Of a stretch of 64,000 bases of DNA, positions 36,900-51,228 are shown piece by piece. Positions within the stretch are counted from its first letter, which is position 1; every line of letters starts with the position of its first letter. Both the position numbers and the translations under genes were made by a program. The stretch lies in assembly GCF_009914755.1 (NCBI RefSeq), contig NC_060936.1. One strand, 5' to 3'. Below the pieces are notes generated by a model. The model was not told the DNA's origin, did not search any database, and saw only the letters and a program-made list of their open reading frames with translations. The DNA is from the human T2T-CHM13v2.0 reference genome, Homo sapiens.

Positions 36900-37100
36900 C
36901 GGGAAAAGCATGGTGTTCAGGATTCAGAATGCCTCAGGTCAATCAGTAATGAGCCATGTAACTTAGTAGCTGAGAGAGCTACTAAGCAAACCATTTAACA
37001 GCATCCAGAAAATGAAGATAACACCTGTTCCGTTTTCCTCATTTTGTTTCTTTTTTAAAGAAATAATTCAATAAATGAATCACTTTTGTAACTTGAAAGT
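36900..37100 (+). mobile_element. MIR/MIR3 fragment
   Basis: Degenerate MIR layout. Confidence 0.45.
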
Positions 37101-38477
37101 GCTGGGCAGATTATTTGGGAGGATCCTAGGAATCCTAATGTACTTTGGTGCTCTTTGTGCCTAAAATTTTTCATTTAGGTAAGATAATAACTTCTCAGTT
37201 TTGCTTAAACACATTTAAACTGAGTTTTTATCTTTTGCAACAGAAAGAATCCTGACTTAGGCAGTCGTTTTCTTTGGAATTCAAATGCCTACATCATCTG
37301 AGGCTTGGTCTCAATCAGGTGAAATGCAGCAACATAACACAATAAAATTAACTTGTGTAGAATGCCTTCTGGGGTCCAGAGCCAGGTGCTTCCTCAAGGA
37401 CTGCCTCTCAGAGCACAATGGTGATGTGGTACTGACTGTGGAAGCTGAGAGCAAAACTATAACTGTGCCCTGAATGCACATGCTCAAACTGAGCCTCTGG
37501 TTCGATAAGTGCCAGATGTTTTGGACCCTATGGGAACACTGCTGTGTTCTTATCATTGACAGAAAGAAATGTTCCTCACATTATTAAGGTTCGATAGTAT
37601 TATTTAAGGAAGTAAATACAGTATATGTATCAAATAGTAAAAGTTAAGAATTTTGGTTGGTTTTGAGGGAGCAGAGTAAAAGCCTGAGGGAAATGAAGCC
37701 AGACTTCCTAGTAGTAAATTACAAGTTACAATCTTGCCCATGGTCAGCTGAGAAGGAATCATCCACCAGCGATGGATCTCTTGAGAAACTAAATACCTTC
37801 GCTACCCAGGTTACTCTTTCAGTGGGCATTAATGATTGACAGTACATGTAGAGTGATCTGAGTTATACATCACTCCATAATTAAAGTTTTCTTTTGCCCT
37901 CTCTTGACTTCTGTAACTTGACACATATTACTCAACCTTTCCTTGTCTACATTTTTGGTCCAGAAATTGGGAATAATATTAGCAGCTTTAGTATTTTGAA
38001 AAAACCTAGATCCTAGACACTAAGTAATTTGGCATTAGCTTTTTGTGAAGCACTTGGCAAAAATATACCCATACAGATACTTCATGGAAAATAGTATCAA
38101 CTTATCCTCATCAATTTTACTTTTTACTGTTTGCTTTTGGACAGCTTTATCTCTTTTCATATCACTGAATTCAAAAAATATAAATCTTTACAAAGAAAAT
38201 GTAATATTCCCACAAAACTGGGTTTCTATGGAATTAAATGATGATTTTGTATTAATATGTTAGGAATTGCCACCTGTCTTCTTTCAGACATGACTGATTT
38301 TCTTTTTATGCCTTGGCTGGTTCCACAGCTCATGTAAATAATATTTATCAAGTAGCTCCATCCCTTGAATAGCTGTGTGCTTTATCCTTCTGAGGTCTAA
38401 AGTCCAGTTCATCTCAACAAGTGTTGTCTTACGTTCATCCGAGGGGCTATTTTGATCATCTTATGTCATGTAAGGAA

Positions 38478-38690
38478 GCACAGCAGGAGTGGTTAAAAGC
38501 AAAGGTTCTGGAATCCTACAGAGGAGGATCCAGACAAAAGCTGTGCTCTATCCTAGTTTTGAACCTGGGAAAGTCACTTCAACTCTTTAAGCTTCAATTT
38601 CTTCATTTTTAAAGTGAGGATCAGTTGAACCTCCTTCTTGTAGGATTAAATGAGTTAATCCATGTAAACAGATCAGCGGAGTGACTTCTG
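38478..38690 (+). mobile_element. MIR
   Basis: 'gtggttaaaagc...ctgggaaagtcacttcaactct...taggattaaatgagttaat'. Confidence 0.8.
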
Positions 38691-38831
38691 CAGGATAATC
38701 ACAAATAAAATCACAGTTTATTTTATAATCACAAATAAAATTGGCTCTCATTTGTGATTCAGGGATAGAGAAAACAAAACTCATATGGCTTTTTCAGAAT
38801 ATACTACTGAGATTTGGTCTCTAAGTTAAAC

Positions 38832-39087
38832 CAGTTCTTCTCAACCGAAGGACAATTTTGCACCTGCACCCACCTTCATGGGGACATCAGGCAATGTCTG
38901 GGAACATTTTTGCTTGTCCCAATTCATGGGAGTAGGGTGGGGCGGCTGCTACTGGCATCTAGTGTGTAGAGGTAGTAGGATGTTCAGTTTCTGGACATTC
39001 TACAATGCACTGGTGGCCCCCACCCTACTCCCCAGCAAGGAATCATCTGGTTTAAAACGTCAGCAGTGCTGAGGTTCAAAAACTCGG
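38832..39087. mobile_element. MER20 hAT relic
   Basis: 'cagttcttctcaacc...ggcaatgtctggg...ctgctactggcatctagtg...gtgctgaggtt'. Confidence 0.85.
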
Positions 39088-40887
39088 AAGTAAATGGAAA
39101 GGTAGAGGAGGCATGAATAAATTCTTATCAAGAAACCAGTCTATCAACAGGTATTTGTCACCTTACTACTCCAGGTGTAATATCTTCACCTTCCAGCTGT
39201 GGACCCTTTTTACAGTTTCCGTCCTGTAGTCACATATATTGACTTATTAAATGTCAACAACAACAACAACAAAAATAACTAGAAAAACAGGCTGCCTTGG
39301 CATTATCCCTTGACACTGCCCCTCTTTTCTTTTGCAGATGAGGAGTTGGGCTAAGGGGCTGACTTTCTCACAGAAACACAGATGATAATTAAACTCAGAT
39401 GTTCTGAGTCCCAAGCACAGTGCTCTGCCACTCTCACATGCCAAGCATTGCATTTCTGTGGAGAGTGCATGAGACATTTTAGACATGGATCCTCCCCTAA
39501 GATTCTTACTCAGTTGTTAGAGATTTACACCCATGAACAGTTATTTTTACCTTTTGGGCTATAATAGATGCACATTCTGCCCCTCCTCAGTGTTACAGAA
39601 TATTGAAATGTAGCTAACCTGAAACAAGCATTTTCTTTCCCAGTAATATCAGAGGGCTCTTTTGTAACATAAATGTAGTAGCTAGTCTGCAAAACAAGGG
39701 TGCTACCCTTTCTTTACAATCTGTACTTTCCTAGCATATGCCATCATGTTCCTTTTCCCCCACCAGTCCTCCTACATAGTCCAGATGGTGCCTGGCCTGC
39801 TCTTGCAAACTTCTGATTGCCTCTATTTCTTTTTCATGCTCATCCTCTTCTGAGTACTGAGTGTGAGGAGTTGAGGCTTACCAGTATGATGATATGACAT
39901 CCAACTCAAGGCCCAGATGTTAAAATATTCCAAAATGCAACCAGTTTCAACACGTTAACTTTGTTCTTCTCTGCTTAGCAGCTGTGAGCATGTTGGTACC
40001 TGCAGATTATTTCATGAAGTTTTGGAAAGCACTGATTCTTAATTCAGGTTTTATGAAAGTTGCAGGAATTTATTTTAGAAAAGAAATTGACAGGCAATGC
40101 CTAGTCATTGCATAGGTGCTTGATATCTCTAAAGAACAATGTAGACCTTTCTCTTCACACATGCTGTGTTTATGCTGTCAAATTAGCTTGATATTATTTT
40201 GACAAATGAATAAAACTGATTCAAGTTGATACTTAGCCATAAAGGAGTTTTAATACCTAAGCTATTAAAAAAGCAGCCCAAACATCAAGTAATAATCTTG
40301 TCCACGGAGGAAATAAACAGATTCATGATGAATTTAATGCATATTTATTAATCAAATGCTATCAAAAGACTTTTAGAAAACTTTCTTCAAGAGGAGTTCT
40401 TTGAATATGTTCATAAGATTTTCCCTGGCGTTTCTTATTCAAATACATGTAACCATTACAACACAAAATTAGCAAATATTATGTTAGTATACAATGTTTC
40501 CACAAATAATATAGAGTTCAGAACTACTTGTACTTAAACACATGGGGTTTTGTTTGTTTGTTGCTATATTAATGGAAATCATTGAACATTCAATGATACT
40601 TCACAGACAAATGACTTGGAAAGATGTATACCCAAGCTGGCTTTCTTCCTGCCTAAGGACATGGGGGAAGTGGAGTGTAAAACAGAATCCTTCTTGATTT
40701 ATTTTTACTTGGGTGGCTTTGGAAGTTACTCAAAACTTATGTGCTCTATAAAAGACAGAACTGAAAGATGCAACTTAAGCAGAAACTACCAACTGGAAAT
40801 ATTTTTTAGAGTATACTCCCACCCCTTGTGGTGGGCTAAGTCATCAACCTCCCCTGCTTAAAGCTTTTCCACAGATTCCTATTATTT

Positions 40888-41237
<350 letters not shown>

Positions 41238-41724
41238 TTAAATATCTTAATTCCTAACATGTCCTATAGAGATGCTCATATTATACATCTGGTCTCTTGA
41301 TTAGCTCTCCAGCCTCAGTTGACACACCAAAACAGGCAGGTGTGTGCAAGGAACTGCCAGCAGATGATTCATCAAATATTGGTGGAGTTCCTGCTCTGTC
41401 CCAAGCACAAGGCTGGGCACCACTTACCATTGTCAGAGCTTGAAGAAGGAGGCAGGGGATGGAGGGAAATGGCACTGAGCAGGGCTGTGGAGACTAATTT
41501 TGAAGGCCTGATGTGCTGCTTTTCTAAGAAACTCTTCTCATTGGTGATAGGGAGTCCCTAAAACATTTTAAACTAATTTTTATAGAATGAACTGCTTCAA
41601 AAGGCCTTAGTTTTATGATGGTAAAGGAGGCCAGTGTCTAGCATTTAATATTTATTTGATTAAAAAAAAAAAGACATGCCAGCATAAAGAACAGAATACT
41701 TTTCCTTTATGACCTCTTTTGGGC

Positions 41725-42240
41725 ATCAATTCATTCACTGAGCAAATGTCCACTGAGAATTTGCCCAGGGCCAGGCCCAGTGATATGCACTGATGAAATG
41801 AGATAGAATAGGACATTTTAATCCTTTTCCCATAGCATGTGCAATCCTATGGAGGATCAGTAGGCAAATAAATAGAAAGTTGCAAATTATATGTTAAGAA
41901 ATATGCAAACAAGAGGCTGAAATAGAGACTAACAAGAAGGGCTCCCACTTTTTATAAATTGCTGGGAAAGGGCTAACTAGGAAGTTTATTATATTTAAGG
42001 CTAATCCTCAGAGTTGAGAAGTAGCCAACCATGAAAGAGGAAAGATGAGCATATCAGGAAGAGGGAATGGCTAGGGGAGGGTTAGATATGGTTGCTCAGC
42101 TGAAAGATGAGCGTGGCAGGATTCTATGGGGTAAGGAGGAGTAACACAGGAAATGAGATTGCAAGGACAAAAGCCAGAACTTGCAGGGAGTTGTAAATTC
42201 TGCTAAGAAGTTTGGATTTTGTCCTCATTTCTTTGGGAAC
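41725..42240 (-). mobile_element. L2 3' fragment
   Basis: 'attcattcactgagcaaatgtccactgag...ccaggccc', 'aagaagtttggattttgtcct'. Confidence 0.65.
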
Positions 42241-45200
42241 AGGATTTGGTGTATTTTCAATGTGGTTACATAATTTTTTTAACATGAATTACCTGACATA
42301 TATTTATTTGGGTACTAAATCTTAAAAAATATTTAAAATAGATTGATGATGCTTACAATGAATTTTTCTGTGAAAAAGAGCCGAAAATGCCTATATTGTT
42401 AAAATGAGCCAATTTATCTCTTAACTTATTGGACAAAAATGGAAAAAAATAAACACCATTTTGAGTGGTCTTATAGGACAACGTATTCACATCTTAATCT
42501 TCCAGCGATTATTGAAATGTCTGTTCCAGCGGCAATTCAATGGTTGCTGAGACTATACAGTGGGGATTTTGACATTCAGAAGAGAATTTCTGAGAAGATT
42601 TCAGTTAAACAATCTGAAAGTTATATCTCCTGCCTTTAAACCACCAATCAATTATATCCCTCAGTGTATGTCATGCTCAACAGAGAAAACAATTCAGTTG
42701 AGCTGTATCCTAAGTCAAGGAGGTTGATATCAGTTACAGGCCAACCTCTTAGGTAAGGTTTCATTCCCTCTGGTGCAGGAAGATGTTAGGTCTCATGCTG
42801 CAGCCTGGACCATTGTGATTTTGACTACAGCAAGGCTCTAAAAACAAGTTGTAAGTAGAGTACAGATTCCCATTGGAAATATCTAAAATAGAAGTGTTAC
42901 TTTCTTAAATATCACTCCCCTATTTAAAAATATTGGTTATTTTTTCTATTAACTGAGTTAACACTATGCAATGATTCAAAAATTAAAGAGTAACTAGGGC
43001 AATACTAAAGATTGTTCAAAAACTAAAAGCCTGTTTGTACAAACTGAAAACTCATTTACTTAAGTCTTGAATATCAAATATAGAGTGAAAAGGAGCAACG
43101 ACTCCAGTTTATCACTAAGAGGTGAAAAAAATTTACCTGATATCAGGTTTAAAGCTGTGTTAGTGTCCAGCTGAATTTATAACTAAGCCATTAAATAAAA
43201 TGATAACATGTTTGATCCTCTTTTATTCTAAACTTCCAACTGCAATTATTTTCTCTTTCTTCCAAAAATGACCAATCATATACTGAGAAAATCTTATTCC
43301 ATTATTATTTCCCTATTAGTGGATTTTCTGCTGAACTATACAGTAAAATTATAATAAATAGTAGAGTTATTACAAGCTATCCTGTGAGTTATGTAATATG
43401 CTGAGTAGATCCCTATAAAACCGTACTTATCTAATTATAATGAGGCCAACTCCTTGAAGAACACATGTTTGTGTCTCTTATAACTAATTAATGAAGACCG
43501 AAATAATTGATGGTGAATGTAACAGAAGTATACCAGTAGATACTGAAGTTTATCTCCTTTGTCACCATTGGTTCTTTATCTGTAGTCCTAATATTAATTG
43601 ATTAATTTGTCAAAACAATGGCTTTGTTTGCTTTCTATCCTAATGGTGCAACATTCTTGTGGAATACATAATGTAAGTTTAAAAATCCTAAAATAAATTA
43701 TGAATGGTGGAAAACAAAAATTAATATCAAAAACTTCTTATATATTAATTTTCTTAAATTTTTAGATTTTAATGGTCTATTTTCATGACTAAGAAAGTAG
43801 TCTATTAGTTTATTCACTCATAAATGATTGAAGCTTTAACTTTCATTAAATATGACAAATAAGAACTGCACTGATTCATTCTTCTAGAAGTGAAACAATA
43901 CCTATTTGCATGATTTGAAATCTGAATAAATCTTTACACCTATCTTCTGTAGCAATACAATAGCATCAGTTGCTTAGCCAGGCATTTGGGCATCTGTACA
44001 ACTAAAATGTTGAATAAATTTATTTTTAGTAAACTTGAGTATAGAAGATAAAAAGAAGAAAAATACTGTATTAAAATATGTTTCATGAATTATGAGCCCT
44101 TTCATAGTAAATAATAAAGCTGAGTTAGCTGACAGACAAAGCACGAAGGTGATCCCATAGCCATAAAGATGCTTTGTAAGAATGACATTATAGTTTGTGC
44201 TTTGAAAGCAGTGAGCTATCAATGATGATTTGTATCAGTCCTAGATCCCGCAAGGAACCCTACAAAGGTCAAGTGGTTTTGGATGAAATTAGCTTTTACC
44301 CCTATATTTTAAATCTTTCCTTTCCTAGCTTACTTTATTAATTTTAAAACCACACCCTGCCCACCCACACAGAACAATTGGAGTTTACAAATTCTTAGCT
44401 AATTCATGTCGCAAAACTTCTAGGCAAAGACTTCACCCTGTTACTAGAAAATCCAAGTGTCTGTCAACACTCAAATAGTTACATGTTATGTCAAGATATT
44501 ATATTTTTAAATTATTCCATTCACTTGGGTTTTCCAGATTTTCCCAGTTTTTTAGAGAAACCTCATTGGATTTATGCAGATAAATTTTCCAAAAAGGTCT
44601 TCCACAGTCCCTTTGTACTATGCTGCTTTATTGAAAAGTAATAGGAATTTAGCTTTTTCTCATTTTGAGCTACTGTGTATTTTTCACTTTGAGGAAAATG
44701 GGACAGGCTGTAGATGACATCAATCTTCTTGGTCTTTCGTCTCTTTTTTGATGAGTGAAGAGAGAACTATGTGAGTTTCCATATCTGTCTTTTGCTTATA
44801 GTACAAAGATAATAGAGCATCTTTTCTGAAGGATCTGACTTCCACTTTTCAAAAGTGGCTGAGAATAAGGAGTCAAGGAGGTTTTACATCTGTTATTCAT
44901 TGAGATATATGGGGCTGCATTGACACCTGCTTTGTTGAAAGGGAGAGCTAAATTCATCTACTAACCTCTTGTTAGAGCAGCTGTGACTGTGAGGAAGAGG
45001 ATTGAGGCCAAATACTCAATGTTCAAACAGAACTACTTGAACAGTAAAATTAAGTAGAAATGAAAAGCTTGAACAGTATATAATTCTTACAGGGAAACTA
45101 ATTTGAAAGCAATGCAGATTTTTAACTTAAAAGTTTCAGATTTTACTAGAAAAATTTAAGAGAAAATTGCAAAGCCACAAGGTATTTAAAGTTCTTTTCT

Positions 45201-45747
45201 TTATTGACAGAGTTAAGAAAAAAAGCAGCTCTAAAAATTTGACATTTCTCCTTACTTCATAATCTGAGACTTAAATAACAAGCATCATGAACTTTTGATT
45301 CTGTGTTGCTGTTAAGCCCCGATTTAATTACAAGGGCTATTTAAAAATTCACACATTTATGCTGAGTATGAATTACATATGGTTTCTAGACCTGAGAAAA
45401 ATGAACACAAGGACTATGTACAGTGTCATGGTAGGTAAACTGCCTGTTAATTTTTTTTCCAGATCAGTTTACGTAGTGTAACTATAGCTTTGTTTTATCT
45501 ACCTTTAAACTCAATTCACCCAACAGTAAAGGATCTGAACTGGTAACACAGTCTAGATGACTGATAAGATAGGATCACGTGGTACAAATGGAGGATTCAT
45601 TCTCTCTCTCTTTTTTTTAAAAGAAATCTCTTTAGACAGGCATTTGACTCAAAGATACTTTTGCACACCAGAAGCCTAAGGCACAGTTTATAACCCACTG
45701 ATGACAAAAATAAATTATTTCAAGCTGAGAAACATTTTCTCCCACAG

Positions 45748-45970
45748 GATAAAGACATTTTATTCATGGACAAAATGTCCTATGGAGGGGATCTTATAAT
45801 CACATCACTCATTACCATAATCATCAAATATATACAACATCTAGGTCCAATTAATGGAAGATGGGACCATATGGATGTCTGTTACAGTGACGTGGTGAGA
45901 AGATTATGGTTTGTGCCTTCAGTCCAAGTGCTTTACAACCATTAAGCTTCTCAGTACCTTTGTGAAATAG
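45748..45970 (+). other. Candidate 223-nt exon in non-repetitive sequence
   Basis: Acceptor ttttctcccacag|G and donor TAG|gtaagc. Frame 0 is open for 65 codons then stops; no recognisable protein. Confidence 0.3.
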
Positions 45971-47344
45971 GTAAGCAATTTTCTATACTCTGCTTTCCTT
46001 TCGTGCCTCAATCTAAGTAAGACTGCTGCTAATGATTATCCTTAAATATATAATGATAACTATGAATTTAAAATGTCTAAGTGTCCTCAGGAGGGACTAT
46101 ATAGCTAATTGTGTGTTTTATGGGATGTCTTAATGAGGAAAAGCACCACATCTCGTCATCATGTCACTTCTGTTGTGTCTTGTTAAAGTGACCTCATTCA
46201 CAAAGCAAATGCTGAGGCAAAGACAGTTGTTAGTATGAACATACATGAGGATGGCTTCAGTGTCCTCTCACCACCTGCTGCTGAAAGTGGGAGAGAGGAA
46301 GTACTTTCAACACAATAGGTCAACTCTGGTGGCTTTGCCCTTGCACTTTCTTTATAGTGACATGTCTTTGGAGTTATAGCCTAGGGAGGAGCTGGCAAGG
46401 ACAGATAGATGTGACATAACATTAGTTTTGTATTTGTATTTATAGGGATGTCAGGTGTATAAGGGAAGGTGTTGCAAGACAACCAAATAATGCTTTGTTT
46501 GGACGTATAAATAGCTGGTGGGGTTTTTGAGTTCAAAGAGAAGATGGAATACACGGTTTTTGTGTAATTTTGTACAGTATTGTGCAATTCAAAGAAATAT
46601 TGAGACAATTTGGACAGTAAGCATCTGGATGACTACATATTTTGTGGCTTGAGTTTATCTAAAATTTCTACATCTTATACACATAGTGCTCTGTTAGCTA
46701 AATTAAATTTGATTCCTGTAGATGTTTACAGCTTTTAACTGTGAGACCTCTGCAAAAATTACTTCTGCCAAATTATACTTTACTGTTGCTGAATTATACT
46801 TTACGATTGCCTTGTCTTTCAGAGGGGCATAATGCAATAAAAAGGTGGATAATATCACTTCTGTTTTCTTTATACGACTGATATTTAAGACATTATTAAT
46901 TATGTTTCTTCATGTACCCAACACAATTTTAATATATTCATTTTATAATTTGGTACCAGAAAAATGTGTTTTTTTCAAAGTTTTAATACAAGAATCATGC
47001 AGCCTATCATATTTGATTTGTTACCGTGGTTCTCAGGAAGCTTAAAGATAAATAATGATAGTGATGATATGCTCTTTACATAATGAAACAATTTGTTTTA
47101 TCATTTTTATACACCAGTCAAATCAGGCAGAACTTGATATTTGGGTCATGCAAGACATTATGCTCACTTACACGGACGTATTGACTGTATAACCCATATG
47201 CTAGTAAGACCTAAAATGTCTCTTGATTCTGGAAAATAGGTTGGGAAATCTTTTGGCACCAATATGATTAAACCCTACCTGAAGAAAAATGTAAGACAAA
47301 AAGAATGAAATTATGGTCCCCTTGCTCATTGATACGACGCAGCG

Positions 47345-47550
47345 GAGTGTACCCTGGTGGAAAAAACCCTGGATTTAGACACAGAATGACTTGAAATAGC
47401 TCTTCTACTTTTTTATCTGTATGATTCAGGGCATGTTGTTAGCATTCTTGAATTTCAGTATTCTATTTGTGGATTATGTAAAGCTCTTAAAGAGGTGCCT
47501 AGCACAAAGTAGGTATTCAATAACTTGACTTGAAGCATTGACTATTATTA
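47345..47550 (+). mobile_element. MIR
   Basis: 'atgtaaagctctt...gtgcctagcacaaagtaggtattcaataa'. Confidence 0.7.
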
Positions 47551-48429
47551 TTTTTAATATCCTTTTAAATAATAACTGTTTGTTGGCTTAAACTAGATAA
47601 TACTAGTTAAAACCTGAAAACAAATACATCTAAATAATTCCATAAGATGCAAAAAAAATTAATGAACTATTGAACATTTTCTATTTGAACGTAGAGGTTT
47701 TACAAACATTCCACTATGTATATTAAAACATTATAAAAAGGGACTTAATAATTTTTTTTTTTACTTGGATAACATGGAAGTCTAAGATATGTGTAAAATT
47801 TCATTTTGAGTTTAATACTTTTTTTTTTAAGAATGCAAAAACTATGATCCCAGTTTTAACAGGACAAAATTTTAATATTTAAAATTGATAGAAGTCAAAC
47901 AATGAGTTATAATTAAGGAATATCCTAAGGTTTAATAGTTCTACAAATCCAGAAACTACAGTACTAATTTTTGTTGTTTACATGTCTATATGTAGTTAGA
48001 ACCACCAATTTACAAATATTTTATCCTCTAAAACTTTGCTTGTAACTCGCTTGTTTGAAACCCAGAGTGAAATTTCTTATAGAAAACATATTGTAAATAC
48101 TGGCTTGTTTTCAGTTTATCCCCCTTCCCAAAGCTGATTTAATCTGTAATAATAAAGCTGAAGTTTTATGTTTTCAATAAAAGGCAGAAAACAATACTCT
48201 GCAACATCTTTTAATTTTAAAGCTAACAAAATACATTTAAGCATACAGAATATTCATTAAGCTATTTAATTGAATATTTTTCCATTAGGTAACCTATAAT
48301 TAAGAAAGATGGAAAGAGAAATACTTATAAAATTTATCTTCAACGTGTTTAATTAGATGTGGGTAAGAAGGCTGGAGGGAAGTTCAGGGCATATTCTGGA
48401 GAATTCTGGGCCATTTAATGGTTTTGGAG

Positions 48430-49590
48430 GTTCAATTCAATGAATATGCTTTTCATGGAACCTGCCTCCAGTGAGACTTTGTGTTGCATATTTTAGTGAA
48501 GCCAAAGCTGAATAAAACACCATCTCTGTACTTACACAACAGTGAAGATCAAGTCTAGCTGCATAGCACAGGAAAATTAAAAAGAACATTAGGTTAAACA
48601 GAAGTCTATTTCCCTCCTATGAAAGGAGTCTGGAGTGAAGTAGTTGACTGCCAGCTAAGGACTTCAGCTACACCTCCCTTTCTCTTCTGCTGCCTATGGC
48701 TCGTCTTCTGTTCCCAAGCCCACCTCATGGTTCAGGATGGGTTCTGGAAATTTAGCTGTCTCATTTGTATCTCAAACAGCAAGAAGACAGAAGGAGCAAG
48801 AGATGGACACACTCCTCCTTATAAAGGAAATTTTCTGGAAGTCTTAGAAATACTTTGATTTGTTTTTCATTTGGCCAGAACTTAGCTGCCTGGGTCACTT
48901 ATATGCATGAGAAACCCGGGGAAATGTGGTCATTTAGCTGCCTGCCTATGTCTCCAGCTAAAATTCGGATTTCTATTTATTGCAGAAGAAAGGGAGAATG
49001 GATTTTGAGGGCAACCAGCAGTATATACTGCATTCTCCAGGCTGATTCAGTATAGAAATGGGTTGGTAAATGTAATGAGTATTACAACACTGGTCACTGT
49101 GAGTGAAGGGTCACAAGAGAGCTACACAGAAAGGATAGTGTGAAATGATAAGAAATTAACTTTGCCTAAATTTCAGTTTTGATCTTTGCATAATGTCAAA
49201 ACTTCTCTTTGAAAGATAATAGTAACCAATGGTTTTTATTTTGCTTATATTAAAAGTATACCATTTACAAGAAAAAACCTTAGCCAGAATTCACCTCCCA
49301 GTCATCAGAAATTCTCCCTCTCACCTCCTCACCTCCTCAGCTACAGTGACTTCTCTTTGATCCCAGCTCCCACTTATTCCTGTATGCTTGGCAGCTGACA
49401 TGACAGGTCATAGTCTGACTGACTTTGGGCGTCATGCACAACACCTAGACCATGACACTTTTAATTCTATTAATAACCACAGATGTAATTTATTGAACAC
49501 ATTCAGAGAGCAAATATGGTTGGGAGTACTAAAGATGTTTTCATGAAAGGACCAACACCTGAAGGAAACATGGAGGGGTGGGTGGTGGAT
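48430..49590 (-). mobile_element. L2 remnant split by an MLT1 LTR (~48540-49030) and by the left arm of the inverted duplication
   Basis: L2 tail 'ttcaattcaatgaatat'. L2-like sequence resumes at ~49035-49135 and again at ~49501-49590 ('gggagtactaaagatgttttcatgaaagg...cctgaagg'). Confidence 0.55.
48540..49030 (-). mobile_element. MLT1 (J/K-like) LTR
   Basis: 'cattggccagaacttagctgcctgggtcac...ggaaatgtggtc...gagaatggattttg'. Confidence 0.7.
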
Positions 49591-49876
49591 CATATATTGT
49601 GGCCCTCCCCAGTGCACAGTGCTCTTTCCTTCTGGCTGGCACACCCCAAATTTGATGTCCTTCTTAACAATCAGCCTTTACAAAGATGGAAAACTCTTTA
49701 TGTCATTTATAGCTTAAGCTTCCCTTAAACTGAGGACTAAACATAACATTAAAGAGTTCTTGACGAGAATCTGAGGGCCTCTTTGAAAGGGTTTGAGGGT
49801 CCCAGGGGATCTTGGACCCTCGAATGGGAAACACTAGTTTGAGCTCACAAAAGGAACATGCTATTTTCCTGTCAGG

Positions 49877-50120
49877 GGCAGTATATTATAGTGGTTAAGG
49901 GTTTGGTCTAGAGCCGTGCTGACCAGGTTTGAACCTTAGTTCTGTCCCTTACCAGCAGCATGGGGAAGTAACCAATCAACCTTTTTCTACTTCAGTTTCC
50001 TCATCTGAAAAGTGAGGATAATTGTAATAACTATTTTGTAGGTTATTATAAGGATTAAATGAGTTAATATTTCTGAAGTGCTTAAGCAGTGACTGACATA
50101 CAGTTTGTGCTATTAAATAA
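49877..50120 (+). mobile_element. MIR
   Basis: 'agtggttaaggg...ttcagtttcctcatctgaaaagtgaggataat...aggattaaatgagttaata'. Confidence 0.88.
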
Positions 50121-50379
50121 AAAAAACAAATAGTTTCTCCTTCCATATTATCAACAATTCTCAACATTTTGTGAAGTATAGTCCCTTTACTTGATTTCCC
50201 ATCCTCTTTTCTCTTTGTGCTTGCTGAGAATAAAAGAAAGGTCCCTTTGCTGGCTTGTGTTTCCTTAAGGTCTTACTTCATTAGTCACACAAAGAGAACC
50301 TTGGGGACCCATCATTTAGCAAGGACTCAACTCGATTCTTATCAAATGTCCCTTGTTCTCAGATTCTACTGTGAGGAAG

Positions 50380-50615
50380 GAGTAGAGTGGTTCATTCTTC
50401 CTCTTACAATAATGAACAAGTCTGGATTTGAATTCAGGTTCTACCACTTTTACCTGCATGTTCCCTTAACCTTTCTAAACCTTTGTTCATATGTTAAAGG
50501 GAATAGCAATATCTTACAGGATTGTGATGAGAATGAAAGGAAATGATGAATATAAAGCACCTATCACAATGCTCAACACATGGTAAGTGCTCACTAATTT
50601 ACATCCATGGTTATC
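50380..50615 (+). mobile_element. MIR whose 3' tail runs into the right arm
   Basis: 'ctggatttgaattcaggttctaccact...taaagcacctatcacaatgc...catggtaagtgctcactaa'. Confidence 0.8.
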
Positions 50616-50897
50616 ATTAGAATTAAAGACGTCATGGTTTAGGTGCTGTACATGAGCCCCAAAGTGAGTCAGATGATGACCTGTCATGTCAGCTGCCAAG
50701 CATACAGAAATAAGTGGGAGCTGGGATCAAAGAGAAATCACCATAGCTGAGGAGGTGAGGAGGTGAGGAGGTAAGGGGAAGTTCTGATGATTAGGAGGTG
50801 AATTCTTGGCTGAGGCTTTGCCTTATAAATGGTATACTTTTAACTTGAATATTAAAATAAAACAAAAACCATCCTTTTTTATCATTTATCATTTTTC

Positions 50898-51228
50898 CTT
50901 TTTAACTATTATCTGATTTTTTAAAACTTTTATTTCAGGTTTGGGGGGTATGTGTGAAAGTTTGTTACATAGATAAACATGTGTCCTGGGGGTTTAGTGT
51001 ATAGATTTTTTCATCACCCAGGTATTAAGCCCAGTACCCAATAGTTATCTTTTCTGCTCCTCTCCCTCCTCCCACCCTCCACCCTCAAGTAGACCCCAGT
51101 GTCTGTTGTTTCCTTCATTGTGTTCATAAGCTCTTATCACTTAGCTCCCACTCATAAGCGAGAATGTGATATTTGGTTTTTTGTTCCTGTGTTAGTGCTA
51201 AGGACAATAACCTCCAGCTCCGTCCATC
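50898..51228 (-). mobile_element. Old L1PA (~PA13-16-like) 3' end inserted in the right arm
   Basis: 'caccctcaagtagaccccagtgtctgttgtt...ttagctcccactcataag'. 11-bp TSD tatcatttttc at 50887-50897 and 51229-51239. Confidence 0.92.
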
